The notes: generated by a model not told the origin, from the sequence alone. Shown: positions 1 through 8,727, counted from the stretch's first letter. The stretch: DNA of 64,000 nt from Polyangiaceae bacterium (GCA_044222475.1 JBGANF010000015.1:28963-92962), one strand, 5' to 3'. Made by a program: numbers and translations.

Positions 1-282
1 GCTCGAGTCGCGGCCGCCCGACTTCGCCGACTTCGGCGGGGCCTCGCGCTCGGGGGTACCGCGGGGTAAACCCTTGGCGCCGCGGCGTGCGAGCTTGTAG
101 CGGTCACCCGGGATCGCGATGACGAGGCCTTCGCGGCTCATGTCGTCCAGGATGCGGACGAGGGCGCGGTAGCTCTTTTCGTCGAGGTCGAGCTCGCGAG
201 CGATGTCCCGCGCGTGGCGGGGCTCGGTGTGGCGAGCGAGGAGGTCGGTGAGTTGATTCTTTTTGGGGAGGCCTGAGGCCAT
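1..282 (-). CDS. rnr: 5' part of probable ribonuclease R (N-terminal winged-HTH), runs off window
   Basis: Manual translation from ATG 282: MASGLPKKNQLTDLLARHTEPRHARDIARELDLDEKSYRALVRILDDMSREGLVIAIPGDRYKL..., resembling the RNase R N-terminal HTH; catalytic domain is outside the window. Confidence 0.55.
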   Translation of the reverse strand, partial: MASGLPKKNQLTDLLARHTEPRHARDIARELDLDEKSYRALVRILDDMSREGLVIAIPGDRYKLARRGAKGLPRGTPEREAPPKSAKSGGRDSS

Positions 283-431
283 GGACCGCGGTCCTAGCGG
301 ACTATGCCGCCGGCCGGGAAGACAATCGTGAGTCAAATGGTATTTCCTGCGTCCACCGACGGTCTGGGTGCACGTTCCTGACGAACGACCGGGAACAAAA
401 CGTGCCACCTTTGCGCTATCTAACCCGGTAG

Positions 432-1478
432 ATGACGGACGACGACGAGGCGAGCCCGGCGACGAAGCGCGCCATCCTCGGCGCGACGGTGGCGTTCAAC
501 GCCGCCGCGCTGGCGGCGAGCACCGTCCTGCTGATCGACTACCTGCGCCCCGCGCCGCTGTTCTGCGGCGAGGGCGGTGGATGCGGCGCCCTCAAGCACA
601 CCGACTACGCGGCATGGGCCGGCATCCCGACGCCGGTGTTCGGCGTCGTCGGATTCCTCGTGCTCGCGGTGCTCACGATGCTCCGCGGCGACATCGTGAG
701 GTTCCTGAACCTCCTCATCGCGACGATCGGAGGGTGCTTCGCGGCGTACCTGATCTTCCTGCAGATCACGCTCCAGCACATCTGCCCGTACTGCATGGTC
801 ACGGACGTGTCGTCGATCGCGCTCGTCGTGCTCGCCCTCCTGCGTCTTCGGAACGAGGTCGACGGTCCCCGCGCGATCCCCGCGGCGACCGGGCTCGCGC
901 TCGTCTATGCCGCGGCGTTCACCGTCCCGGTTCTGATCCACAGCCTCAACAAGCCGAGCCTCCCCGAGGTCGTCGCCGACGAGATCCGAAAGACGCCGAC
1001 CGGGAAGATCACGGTGGTGGACTTCGCCGACTTCGAATGTCCGTTCTGTCGCAAGACGCACGCGAACCTCGTCCCGATCCTCGGCGACTACCGCGCGCGG
1101 GTGCACGTCGTGCGCAAGCAGGTGCCGCTCAGCCACATCCATCCGCACGCGCTCGACGCCGCGAAGGCGGCGTGCTGCGCCGAAGACATGGGGAAGGGGG
1201 AGGAGATGGCCGACCTCCTGTTCACCGCGCCGGTCGATCAGCTCACGCCCGATGGCTGCAGCGAGATGGCGAACCAGCTCGGACTCGACGAGAGCAAGTT
1301 CCGCGCGTGCCTCGACGATCCGAAGACGGCGGCCCGCATCGAGGCCGACAAGGCGTCGTTCAAATCGACCGGGGCGCACGGTCTGCCGACGGTGTTCGTG
1401 AACACGCAGCGGATCGAGGGAGCGCAAGAGGCCGACGTCTACCGCGACGCGATCAAGAAAGAGCTCGGGGAGCGGTAG
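432..1478 (+). CDS. Vitamin K epoxide reductase (VKOR)-DsbA/thioredoxin fusion
   Basis: TM helices with loop CGEGGGC and CPYC (VKOR), followed by DFADFECPFC and cis-Pro motif GLPTVFVN (DsbA-like). Confidence 0.9.
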   Translation: MTDDDEASPATKRAILGATVAFNAAALAASTVLLIDYLRPAPLFCGEGGGCGALKHTDYAAWAGIPTPVFGVVGFLVLAVLTMLRGDIVRFLNLLIATIGGCFAAYLIFLQITLQHICPYCMVTDVSSIALVVLALLRLRNEVDGPRAIPAATGLALVYAAAFTVPVLIHSLNKPSLPEVVADEIRKTPTGKITVVDFADFECPFCRKTHANLVPILGDYRARVHVVRKQVPLSHIHPHALDAAKAACCAEDMGKGEEMADLLFTAPVDQLTPDGCSEMANQLGLDESKFRACLDDPKTAARIEADKASFKSTGAHGLPTVFVNTQRIEGAQEADVYRDAIKKELGER

Positions 1479-1479
1479 C

Positions 1480-2436
1480 TCAGCTCAGGACGGCGAGCAG
1501 CGGGCCGACGATCGTTCGCGCTTCGAACGAGCCGACCGCTGCCAGGCGTGCCTTCTCGCCCTCGAGCACCGCCGCGAGCTCCGGGTACTCGCCCAGCAGC
1601 CAGCGCAGCGTCTTGAACGCGAGCGCGGCGTGCTTGGCTTCGTCGACGCAGATCACGTCGTAGAGCGCGCGGAGGGCTTCGTCGGTCGCCGACTCGCGTT
1701 GGCGATCGGCGTGGGCGGCCGCCATCGTTTCCCCGATGACGCCGCCGCGGAACACGTCGCGGAAGAGATCGGCCGCCGCCGTCGGACCGCGGCGCAGCGG
1801 AGCCGCTGCCGCCGGGAGCGCTCCCAGGACCAGCCGTTCGCCGGTCGCGCGCTCGATCGCGTCGAGCGTGAGCTCGGTGTGTCGGATCTCGTCGGCGAGC
1901 GCGATCTGAGTCTCCGCGAGGAGCCACGTCGGCGCACCGAGCGCCATGAGCTCGCTGATCGTCCGAGCGAACGCGGCGATGCTCGCGTGCTCTTCGCGCG
2001 CAGCGTCCATCAGTGCCTCCGCGTCCCGCGTCGAGATCGGCGAACCGGCGTAGGCCGCGACGTGAGTCACGCCGCCGACCACGAGCGGTCGCCCGAGCTC
2101 GTAGTGCTCGTCCTTGACGCAGTGCCCGACCTGGCAGTGCTCGTAGGGCGTGCAGTCCTTGTTGGTCATGCACTCCCCCGGCTTGAGCTTTGCGGACGCG
2201 GACGCGGTAGCGGGCGCGGAAGCGGAAGCGGAAGCGGAAGCGGAAGCGGAAGCGGAAGCGGAAGCGGAAGCGGAAGCGGGCGCGGAAGCGGAAGCGGAAG
2301 CGGCGGTCGGCTCGGGGGTCACGTCGACGACGTGGGTGTCCTGCTCCTTGCACGCGAGGAAGGGAACGAGCCCGAGGTGCGCCAGCACGAGCAACGGAAC
2401 GCGCGATCGAGTCAGCATGATCATCGAACCTATCAA
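1480..2436 (-). CDS. Ferritin-like domain lipoprotein with Ala-Ser linker and small Cys-rich module
   Basis: Signal peptide with LAC, (AS)n linker, CxxxxxCxxxxxCxxxxC, then diiron-type motifs EEHAS, DEIRH, GET and DEAKH; start may be a downstream Met. Confidence 0.8.
   Translation of the reverse strand: MIGSMIMLTRSRVPLLVLAHLGLVPFLACKEQDTHVVDVTPEPTAASASASAPASASASASASASASASASASAPATASASAKLKPGECMTNKDCTPYEHCQVGHCVKDEHYELGRPLVVGGVTHVAAYAGSPISTRDAEALMDAAREEHASIAAFARTISELMALGAPTWLLAETQIALADEIRHTELTLDAIERATGERLVLGALPAAAAPLRRGPTAAADLFRDVFRGGVIGETMAAAHADRQRESATDEALRALYDVICVDEAKHAALAFKTLRWLLGEYPELAAVLEGEKARLAAVGSFEARTIVGPLLAVLS
2192..2303. repeat. In-frame hexanucleotide tandem repeat (GCGGAA)n
   Basis: 10 perfect GCGGAA units at 2216-2275 and 3 more at 2282-2299, with variant flanking units (GCGGAC, GCGGTA, GCGGGC); encodes the AS linker. 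Confidence 0.97.
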
Positions 2437-2493
2437 CGTCGATCGACGTGGTCACTTACACGTCGCCCCGATGGATGTATGCTCCGCGCGCAC

Positions 2494-2814
2494 ATGCGCT
2501 TCGTCCTCTTCTGTGGTGTCGCCATCCTCACCCTCGGCGCCCTCGCTGCGTGTCCGGAGCCGAAGACCCGCCCCGAAGTGGTCTGCGCCGACCAGTGCGA
2601 GAAGCGCCTCGCCTCCAAGTGCGACGACAAGGCGTGCGCGCGCGGCTGCCTCTTCGTCCTCGATCGCCTCGTCGAGAAAGAGGGCGACAACGTGCTCTCG
2701 TGCATGTCGACGCAGAAAGCGTGCGACGACCAGGCATGGGCCGACTGCGCCGCTCGCATCGGCGTCCACGCCGACGGCGGGCCCGCGGCGCCGCCGCCGA
2801 AGCCGGTGGAGTGA
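2494..2814 (+). CDS. Small Cys-rich lipoprotein
   Basis: MRFVLFCGVAILTLGALAAC lipobox with 8 further Cys; stop overlaps the next start (GTGATG). Confidence 0.75.
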   Translation: MRFVLFCGVAILTLGALAACPEPKTRPEVVCADQCEKRLASKCDDKACARGCLFVLDRLVEKEGDNVLSCMSTQKACDDQAWADCAARIGVHADGGPAAPPPKPVE

Positions 2815-3704
2815 TGCAGATCCGCGTTCGTGACGATCGCAACCGCGTGCTCCACCTCGCGCGCGCACCGAAGCGCGTGGTGTCGCTCGTCCCGAGCGAC
2901 ACGTACAACGTGTGTGCTCTCGGCGTTGGCGAGACCCTCGTCGGTCGCACCGACTACTGCGAGCTCCCCGAGCCCTTCGCCGGCCTCGCGAAGAAGGTGC
3001 CCAGCGTCGGCGGGACGAAGAACCCGCGGGTGAAGGACATCCTCGCGCTCGAGCCCGATCTCGTGCTCGCCAATCAAGAGGAGAACACCCGCGGTGACCT
3101 CGAAGAGCTGGCGCAGGCCGGCGTTCGGGTGTTCGTCGCGTTCCCGAAGAGGGTCGTGGAGGGGCTCGCCCACCTCGCGCGCCTCGCGCGCATCTTCGGC
3201 GTCGAACGCGAGTCGGGCTCGCGCGAGCTCGTCAAGCGCGGCTACGACGCGCTCCGCCGCGCGGAGAGCGAGGCGCCGGGGAAGCGCGTCCGTGTCTTCT
3301 GCCCGATCTGGATGGATCCGCTGATGACGATCAACGGGTCGACGTTCATCTCCGACATGCTCGTGACGTGCGGAGCGGAGAACGTCTTCGCCGACCGCGA
3401 GCGGCGCTACCCGCTCGCGGCCGACCTCGCCAACGCGAAGCCGCTGCCGAAGGAGAAGACGGAGGAGCGAGACACGCGGTACCCGCGGATCACGCTCGAC
3501 GAGTTGGTCCAGCGAGCGCCGGATCTGGTGCTGCTACCCGACGAACCGCATCCGTTCACCGAAGAGGACGCTGCCGTGTTTCGCGCCCTGCCGCCGTTCG
3601 CGAAATCGCCGGACCGGGTGCGCTTCGTGAGCGGGAAGGATCTCTGCTGGTACGGGGCGGTGAGCGTCGAAGGGATCGATCGGGTGAGGAAGCTGATCGG
3701 GTGA
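2814..3704 (+). CDS. BtuF/TroA-type helical-backbone metal or cobalamin binding protein
   Basis: PKRVVSLVPS, VGRTDYC, VGGTKNP, PDLVLANQEEN and PDEPHPF motifs. Confidence 0.85.
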   Translation: MQIRVRDDRNRVLHLARAPKRVVSLVPSDTYNVCALGVGETLVGRTDYCELPEPFAGLAKKVPSVGGTKNPRVKDILALEPDLVLANQEENTRGDLEELAQAGVRVFVAFPKRVVEGLAHLARLARIFGVERESGSRELVKRGYDALRRAESEAPGKRVRVFCPIWMDPLMTINGSTFISDMLVTCGAENVFADRERRYPLAADLANAKPLPKEKTEERDTRYPRITLDELVQRAPDLVLLPDEPHPFTEEDAAVFRALPPFAKSPDRVRFVSGKDLCWYGAVSVEGIDRVRKLIG

Positions 3705-4118
3705 GACCAAGACTACGAAGGTGCTTCGCGTCGAGGTCGCTCCAAGACTTCACGGAGAGGCCAGCGTCTCGCAACCCACTCCGGATGCGAAGCACCCTTG
3801 CAGTCGCGTCTCTCTCGACTCTCAGCGTTCGGGCGTCCCAGTTTGGGACGACTTTCGAAACTGGGAGGCCGGGGGGAGAGGGGGGCGGCAGCCCCCGTTC
3901 GGTCATCGAGGAGCGGAGCGACGAAGATGGCCCGTGGGGTGAGCGCGCGTAGCGCGCGAGGGGCCGTCAGGGCCCCTTACGTGAGTGAACTAGGCCAGCG
4001 TCTCGCAACTCACTCCCGATGCGAAGCACCTCTTGCAGTCTTGTCCATACTTCCGCGCGAAGCCCCGCCAGGTGTCTTGCCGTTACTTCCGCGCGCAGCA
4101 CCGTCTGAAGTCTTTGCC
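3703..4118. repeat. Dispersed modular repeat, locus A (MITE/REP-like)
   Basis: Contains GAGTGAACTAGGCCAGCGTCTCGCAACTCACTCCCGATGCGAAGCACC, shared with loci B-D; 3701-3810 resembles the reverse complement of 63771-63880; GGAGGCCGGGGGGAGAGGGGGGCGGCAGC is also at 63892-63920. Confidence 0.9.
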
Positions 4119-4149
4119 AACCCGCTGCCTCGTGGTCATCTTCTCCACC

Positions 4150-4659
4150 GTGAAGTGGCCCCCGCTCCTCGGACTCGTCTCCGCGACCGCGATTGCTTTC
4201 CCCGCCCGCGCCGGCAACGTCGAGATCCCCTCCGCCTTCTTCATCTCCAAGTCCGAAAACAAGAACCAGGTGCACTACGCCGTCCTCGTCGACGACAACT
4301 GCCGGCCCGTCGGCAACGCTCCGGTGCGGCCCTACTGGCGGGAGCTCGAGCGCGGCCCGGGTGTCACGTCGCCGCTCCTCGATCGCGAACAGCCGGCGTA
4401 CGGCATCGCATCGCAAACGGTGATCAGCGGCGAGATCGTCCTCACCCTCCGCGCGCTCCCCGCGCGTCCGCTTCGGATCGAAACCGCTCGTGGGCAGGAC
4501 GGGGCGTGCGCCTCGTGGACCCACATGACGATCGCGGCCGAGCCGTCTCAGCTCTACCAAATCCACGTCACGCTGCGCCTCTTCTCGATCGACTCGATCC
4601 TCCTCACCGGGTGGACGTGGACCGATCGCCGCGTGATCCGCGAGACGCTGAAACCCTAG
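4150..4659 (+). CDS. DUF4833-like secreted protein
   Basis: GTG 4150 gives a signal peptide followed by FFISKSENKNQVHY...VRPYW; the ORF-track extension to 4033 runs through the repeat. Confidence 0.7.
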   Translation: MKWPPLLGLVSATAIAFPARAGNVEIPSAFFISKSENKNQVHYAVLVDDNCRPVGNAPVRPYWRELERGPGVTSPLLDREQPAYGIASQTVISGEIVLTLRALPARPLRIETARGQDGACASWTHMTIAAEPSQLYQIHVTLRLFSIDSILLTGWTWTDRRVIRETLKP

Positions 4660-4663
4660 AGAG

Positions 4664-5158
4664 CTAGCGGTGCTTCCCGGCCGCCCACTCGTTCAGGAAG
4701 ACGGCGCTCTTGTCCCAGCCGGCGCGGAGGTTCTTCTCCAGCGTGGACTCGAGCATCCCGCCGAGCCCGAAGATCTTCCCCTCGACCTTGAAGTCGCCGA
4801 CGCGTCGGCACTTGCCGTCGCCTGCCGCTTCCGCGCGGATCGTTCCGCGCGTCGAGAGCTTGTCCTCCGGCACGTTGTGCCAGGTCCAGATCTTGGTCGC
4901 GCGATCGAACGTGCCCTCTTCGGTGTACGCGAACCCGGGGCCGAGGAGCTTCGCGATCGGGCCCGGCACGTCGAGCTTCGGGGTCACGCGCACGGTGCGC
5001 TTGATCTCGCGATCGTTCTCGGTGAACGCGAGCACTTCGTACTTCGGGAACTGCAGCCCTTTGGCGTACAGGGCCTCGTTGTACTCCTTGTCGAAGAACG
5101 TCTTCCAGAAGCCGTCGACGTCGGTGGAGATGTCGTGAACGAGGGTGAAGGTCTTCAT
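4664..5158 (-). CDS. DUF2505-like (START/SRPBCC fold) protein
   Basis: 164 aa with YTEEGTFD and KIFGLGGMLE motifs. Confidence 0.75.
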   Translation of the reverse strand: MKTFTLVHDISTDVDGFWKTFFDKEYNEALYAKGLQFPKYEVLAFTENDREIKRTVRVTPKLDVPGPIAKLLGPGFAYTEEGTFDRATKIWTWHNVPEDKLSTRGTIRAEAAGDGKCRRVGDFKVEGKIFGLGGMLESTLEKNLRAGWDKSAVFLNEWAAGKHR

Positions 5159-6171
5159 CGGGTTCCTTGCTCTCCGCGGCGGAGCATCGGCCTGAGTAGG
5201 GTCTTGAGGACGCGTTGATCTCGTAGCTCGCGAGCGATGGCGGGGAGAAGCCCGCTCGCGTTGAGGTCGTCACGAAAGATGCGCCTCAGCGTACGCGAAG
5301 TGGGCAACGTCGGGCGCGTCCACGGAAGCGCCTCGCCGACCGCCGCCTCGTAGTGCGCCGCTTCGAGGGTGTACGGCGACGTTTCGAGGTGCAACGTGGG
5401 CTTTCCCTCCGGCGGGCGCCACGGTCGGTCGCCGCAGCTGTGGGCGAAGACCGGCGCGCGTCGGCGCGCGATGTTCCGTAGGCGCTCGTGGACGTTGTAG
5501 CCGACGCCGCCGAGCTGGAAGCAGTGCGCGACGTCCCGTCCGCGGCGCAACCAATGGATCGGGAGGTCCGCGAACTCCTTGCTGCCGAGGAGCCCGGTGA
5601 GGACGTCCTGGTCGCCCTTGAACCAGATCTCTCGGTGTTCGAGCGGCTTCGCCTGCGCCTCGGCGTAGTCGGGCCGGCGAAGGCGCTCCTCCCATGCTTC
5701 GAGCATCGGTCGGTGCACCTTCGTGACCCGCGTGACGCACGAGTTCGCGGTCAGACGCATCGGGCGCCCGACCTCCCAACCGAGGCCCACGGTGCGCGAT
5801 GTACCACCTTGGTACGGGACGCCGAACGTCTCTTCCACGACCGAGACGACGTCGTCGGCCAATCCGGCGAAGAGCGGGCGAAAGTCGCTCACGACCACGA
5901 TGTCGGAGTCGACCCAGATCGCCTCGTCCGCGCCCTCGTCGAGCGCGCGCGCCAGCACGGCCGGCTTCACGTCGTACTTCGCTCCCAGGCCGGCTGCATC
6001 GGTGCGCAGGGTGACCATCCCCTGAGCCGCGAACCAGGCCGCATCGGCCTCGGTGGCGGGGGGCAGGGTCAGGTCGATCTCGACCGAGGGGCTGTGTTTG
6101 CGGATGCTCGCGACCAGGACCTTGATCGCGATGACGTCGCTCGCCCGGTCTTCGTAGAGAACGGCCCTCAC
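5155..6171 (-). CDS. Putative GT-A fold glycosyltransferase (nucleotide-diphospho-sugar transferase-like)
   Basis: GTG start VRAVLYEDRASD; KP motif, DxD in WVDSDI, ANSCV and GDQDVL. Confidence 0.7.
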   Translation of the reverse strand: MRAVLYEDRASDVIAIKVLVASIRKHSPSVEIDLTLPPATEADAAWFAAQGMVTLRTDAAGLGAKYDVKPAVLARALDEGADEAIWVDSDIVVVSDFRPLFAGLADDVVSVVEETFGVPYQGGTSRTVGLGWEVGRPMRLTANSCVTRVTKVHRPMLEAWEERLRRPDYAEAQAKPLEHREIWFKGDQDVLTGLLGSKEFADLPIHWLRRGRDVAHCFQLGGVGYNVHERLRNIARRRAPVFAHSCGDRPWRPPEGKPTLHLETSPYTLEAAHYEAAVGEALPWTRPTLPTSRTLRRIFRDDLNASGLLPAIARELRDQRVLKTLLRPMLRRGEQGTR

Positions 6172-6201
6172 GGTCGCTTGGATAGCACACCGTCCCGTGC
6201 C

Positions 6202-7659
6202 ATGGTCTCGTCCATCGTGGCCGCCCGTCGCGTCTCGTTCGTCCTCGTCTGGATCGCGCTCTGCGCCGAGATGGCGGGCGACTGCTTTGGCGGCAAGTGG
6301 GAGACGCCGCTCACACCGGTCACCACGTTCATCTTCACGCCGATCCCGGGCCTCAAGTTCCCGCCGTGGTACCTGGCGGTCATCGCCACGTGGGCATGGG
6401 CGATGACGTCGAAGGCGTCGCGCGTGGGTCGGGTGCAGGCGCTCACCACGTCGATTCGAGTCAGCCTCGGCGCCATCGCGACGATGGCGGTGTGGGGGGC
6501 GGTCACCGGCGGCGACGTTCGCCAGATGACGTGGCAGCTCCACGGCTTCCTGATGGGCTTCATGACCGCGCTGATGCTCACGGCGACGTGCACGACCGTC
6601 GAGCACTACGTCAGCTTGGGCAAGGTCTTCGTCTTCGCGACCATCTACCGAGCCGGCATCCTCCTCGTCTTCTGGTTCAGCGTCGGCCGAGATCTCGTCC
6701 CGCAGCTCGTGACGCAGACCACTCACGCCGACACCACGCTCTTCGTGAGCGGCCTGCTCATCCTCGGGATCAACGCCCTCGAGCGACGGACGCTGCGCGC
6801 GTTTCTCGTCGCGGTCGTGGCCGCCGTCCCGATCGCGCTGGCGATTCGCTACAACAACCGGCGCCTCGCGTGGCTCTCCCTCTTGATGGGTATGGCCGTC
6901 GTCTACGTGATGTTGCCGAAGGGGAAGGTGAGGCGCCGGATCAACTACGCCCTCGCGATCGCCGCGCCGCTCCTCGTCGCCTACGTCGTGGCCGGTTGGG
7001 GCCGGAGCGAGGGCATCTTCAAGCCGGTGCACGCGCTCTCGACGATGGTCGGCGAGCACGAGGACTCGTCGAGCGAGACGCGCAACATCGAGAACTACAA
7101 CCTCGTGATGACGCTCAAGTCGAACCCGATCCTCGGCTCGGGATGGGGGCACGAGTACCAAGAGGTCTCGGTCGCCTACAGCATCAAGGAGATGTTCGAG
7201 CAGTACCGGTTCATCCCCCACAACAGCGTGCTCGGGGTGCTCGCGTTCACCGGGCTCGCGGGCTTCACCGGGATCTGGCAGCTCTTCCCGGTCTCGTCGT
7301 TCTTCCTCGCCCACACCTACCGCGCCACGAACGACCCGCGAGTCCGCATCGCGACCCTGTCCGCGTTCGTCGGGCTCGTCGTCTTCGTGCTCCAGATGTG
7401 GGGCGACATGGGGATGGGCACGATCCCGAGCGACGTCCTCTTCGGTGCGTCGATCGCGGTGGCGGCGCGCATGCCGTTGCTGGGTGCGCCGCCGAAGCGC
7501 CCGTCACCCAAGGCGGGGGTAGATCACGAGGACGGAAAAGACGTACAGCGCCATGAAGGCACCGAAGGCGATCACCGTCTTCCGGAGCCCGCGCCGAGCG
7601 ACGCGCTCGCGGGAGAAGAACAGCGGGATCGCGAACGTCCCGACGAGAACGCTGAGTAG
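6202..7659 (+). CDS. Wzy-like polysaccharide polymerase / O-antigen ligase family protein
   Basis: About 11 TM helices, NNRRLAW, PILGSGWG and PHNS motif typical of Wzy_C; start MVSSIVAARR. Confidence 0.85.
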   Translation: MVSSIVAARRVSFVLVWIALCAEMAGDCFGGKWETPLTPVTTFIFTPIPGLKFPPWYLAVIATWAWAMTSKASRVGRVQALTTSIRVSLGAIATMAVWGAVTGGDVRQMTWQLHGFLMGFMTALMLTATCTTVEHYVSLGKVFVFATIYRAGILLVFWFSVGRDLVPQLVTQTTHADTTLFVSGLLILGINALERRTLRAFLVAVVAAVPIALAIRYNNRRLAWLSLLMGMAVVYVMLPKGKVRRRINYALAIAAPLLVAYVVAGWGRSEGIFKPVHALSTMVGEHEDSSSETRNIENYNLVMTLKSNPILGSGWGHEYQEVSVAYSIKEMFEQYRFIPHNSVLGVLAFTGLAGFTGIWQLFPVSSFFLAHTYRATNDPRVRIATLSAFVGLVVFVLQMWGDMGMGTIPSDVLFGASIAVAARMPLLGAPPKRPSPKAGVDHEDGKDVQRHEGTEGDHRLPEPAPSDALAGEEQRDRERPDENAE

Positions 7660-7674
7660 GATCGCCTTCGCCAC
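7504..7674 (-). CDS. 56-aa two-TM small membrane protein (not in ORF track)
   Basis: GTG immediately after the GNAT stop: MAKAILLSVLVGTFAIPLFFSRERVARRGLRKTVIAFGAFMALYVFSVLVIYPRLG*; high GC3 codons. Confidence 0.8.
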   Translation of the reverse strand: MAKAILLSVLVGTFAIPLFFSRERVARRGLRKTVIAFGAFMALYVFSVLVIYPRLG

Positions 7675-8259
7675 TCAGCGCCCGCCGTGCGGATCGGTCG
7701 CGAGCATCGCCCACACCGCGTGATCGAGCCAACGCCCGTTGACCCGCTCGGCTTGGCGCGCGATCCCCTCGAATCGAAACCCGAGGCGCGCGATCACCGC
7801 GAGCGACCGGTGGTTGTCGGTGGCGGCCGCGACGCGCACGCGGTGCGCGCGGAGCGTGTGGAACGCCCAGGTCAGCGTGGCGCGCGCTGCCTCGCTCATG
7901 TGGCCTTGCCCGGTCGAGTCGGAGCGGAGCCAGTAGCCGAGCTCGACGCTCTGGTGCAGATGCGCGAACGCCTCGAGACCGACGACCCCGAGGAGCTTCT
8001 TCGACCGGCGGTCTCGGATCACGAAGCGGCACGCTCGCGCGTGGTCCCAGTCCTGGGCGCTCGCCTCGGCGTAGCGATGGCTCGCCTCCTGATCGGTGTT
8101 GAACGGAACCCACGGGAGCCACGGGAGGAGCTCGTTGCGTGAGGCATCCACCGCGAGCCACAGCTCGGCCGCGTCGTCGACGCCCATCGGATGGAGAGAC
8201 AGCCTGTCGGTTTCGAGGGGCCGGCGCGCGAGCTCGATGCGCGGGGGAACGGCGAGCAT
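7675..8259 (-). CDS. RimJ/RimL-family GNAT N-acetyltransferase
   Basis: LETDRLSL, ELGYWL, GQGHMSEA and NHRSLAVIARLGFRFEG. Confidence 0.92.
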   Translation of the reverse strand: MLAVPPRIELARRPLETDRLSLHPMGVDDAAELWLAVDASRNELLPWLPWVPFNTDQEASHRYAEASAQDWDHARACRFVIRDRRSKKLLGVVGLEAFAHLHQSVELGYWLRSDSTGQGHMSEAARATLTWAFHTLRAHRVRVAAATDNHRSLAVIARLGFRFEGIARQAERVNGRWLDHAVWAMLATDPHGGR

Positions 8260-8283
8260 GTGCCGCTCACTCTAGCGCTTTTT

Positions 8284-8643
8284 TTACTTCTTTGCCGTCT
8301 GCGCGGGGGTCGGGTACGCGGCGACGAGCTCTTTCGACGGCCGCTCCACGGCCTCGAGCGGGCTGGTGATCAGATCACGTCCACCGGCCGCGAAGTAGAT
8401 GGCTTCGCCCACGTTGGGCTCACCCGGGTTGGGGAGCACACCACCGTTGAGGAAGAACTTCACTCCGCCGTGCATCCGCCGGCGAAGGGCGAGGTGTCCG
8501 TGGAGGAACTCGCCGGTGCGGCGGTCGCGGACGGCGACGCAGAACCCGTCGCGGAAGTGGTACTCGGTGTTCTTCGTGACGTAGACGCGGTGACGGCGCC
8601 GATCGGCGCCGGTGTGCTTGGCGGCGTTGTTGGTGCTGCTCAT
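8284..8643 (-). CDS. Hypothetical 119-aa protein
   Basis: ATG 8643, MSSTNNAAKHTGADRRRHRVYVTKNTEYHFRDG...; coding-like codon usage. Confidence 0.75.
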   Translation of the reverse strand: MSSTNNAAKHTGADRRRHRVYVTKNTEYHFRDGFCVAVRDRRTGEFLHGHLALRRRMHGGVKFFLNGGVLPNPGEPNVGEAIYFAAGGRDLITSPLEAVERPSKELVAAYPTPAQTAKK

Positions 8644-8727
8644 GGTCCCCCGACCTTCGCGCAGGGCTTTCCACCGGGCCAAGTTTCCGGGTTGCCTCGA
8701 CGGCGGCCCTGGCGCAGCATTCGCCGC

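Noticed and set aside
391..408. Possible sigma54 promoter for rnr (minus strand TGGCACGTTTTGTTCC)
   Set aside because: Lacks the -12 GC at GG-N10-GC spacing
5155..7314. Long N-terminal extensions in the ORF track (5155..7314, 13950..16109, 22568..24928, 43703..45784, 52730..54097)
   Set aside because: Extensions overlap neighbouring genes and are Arg/Pro-rich noise; starts were reassigned from homology motifs
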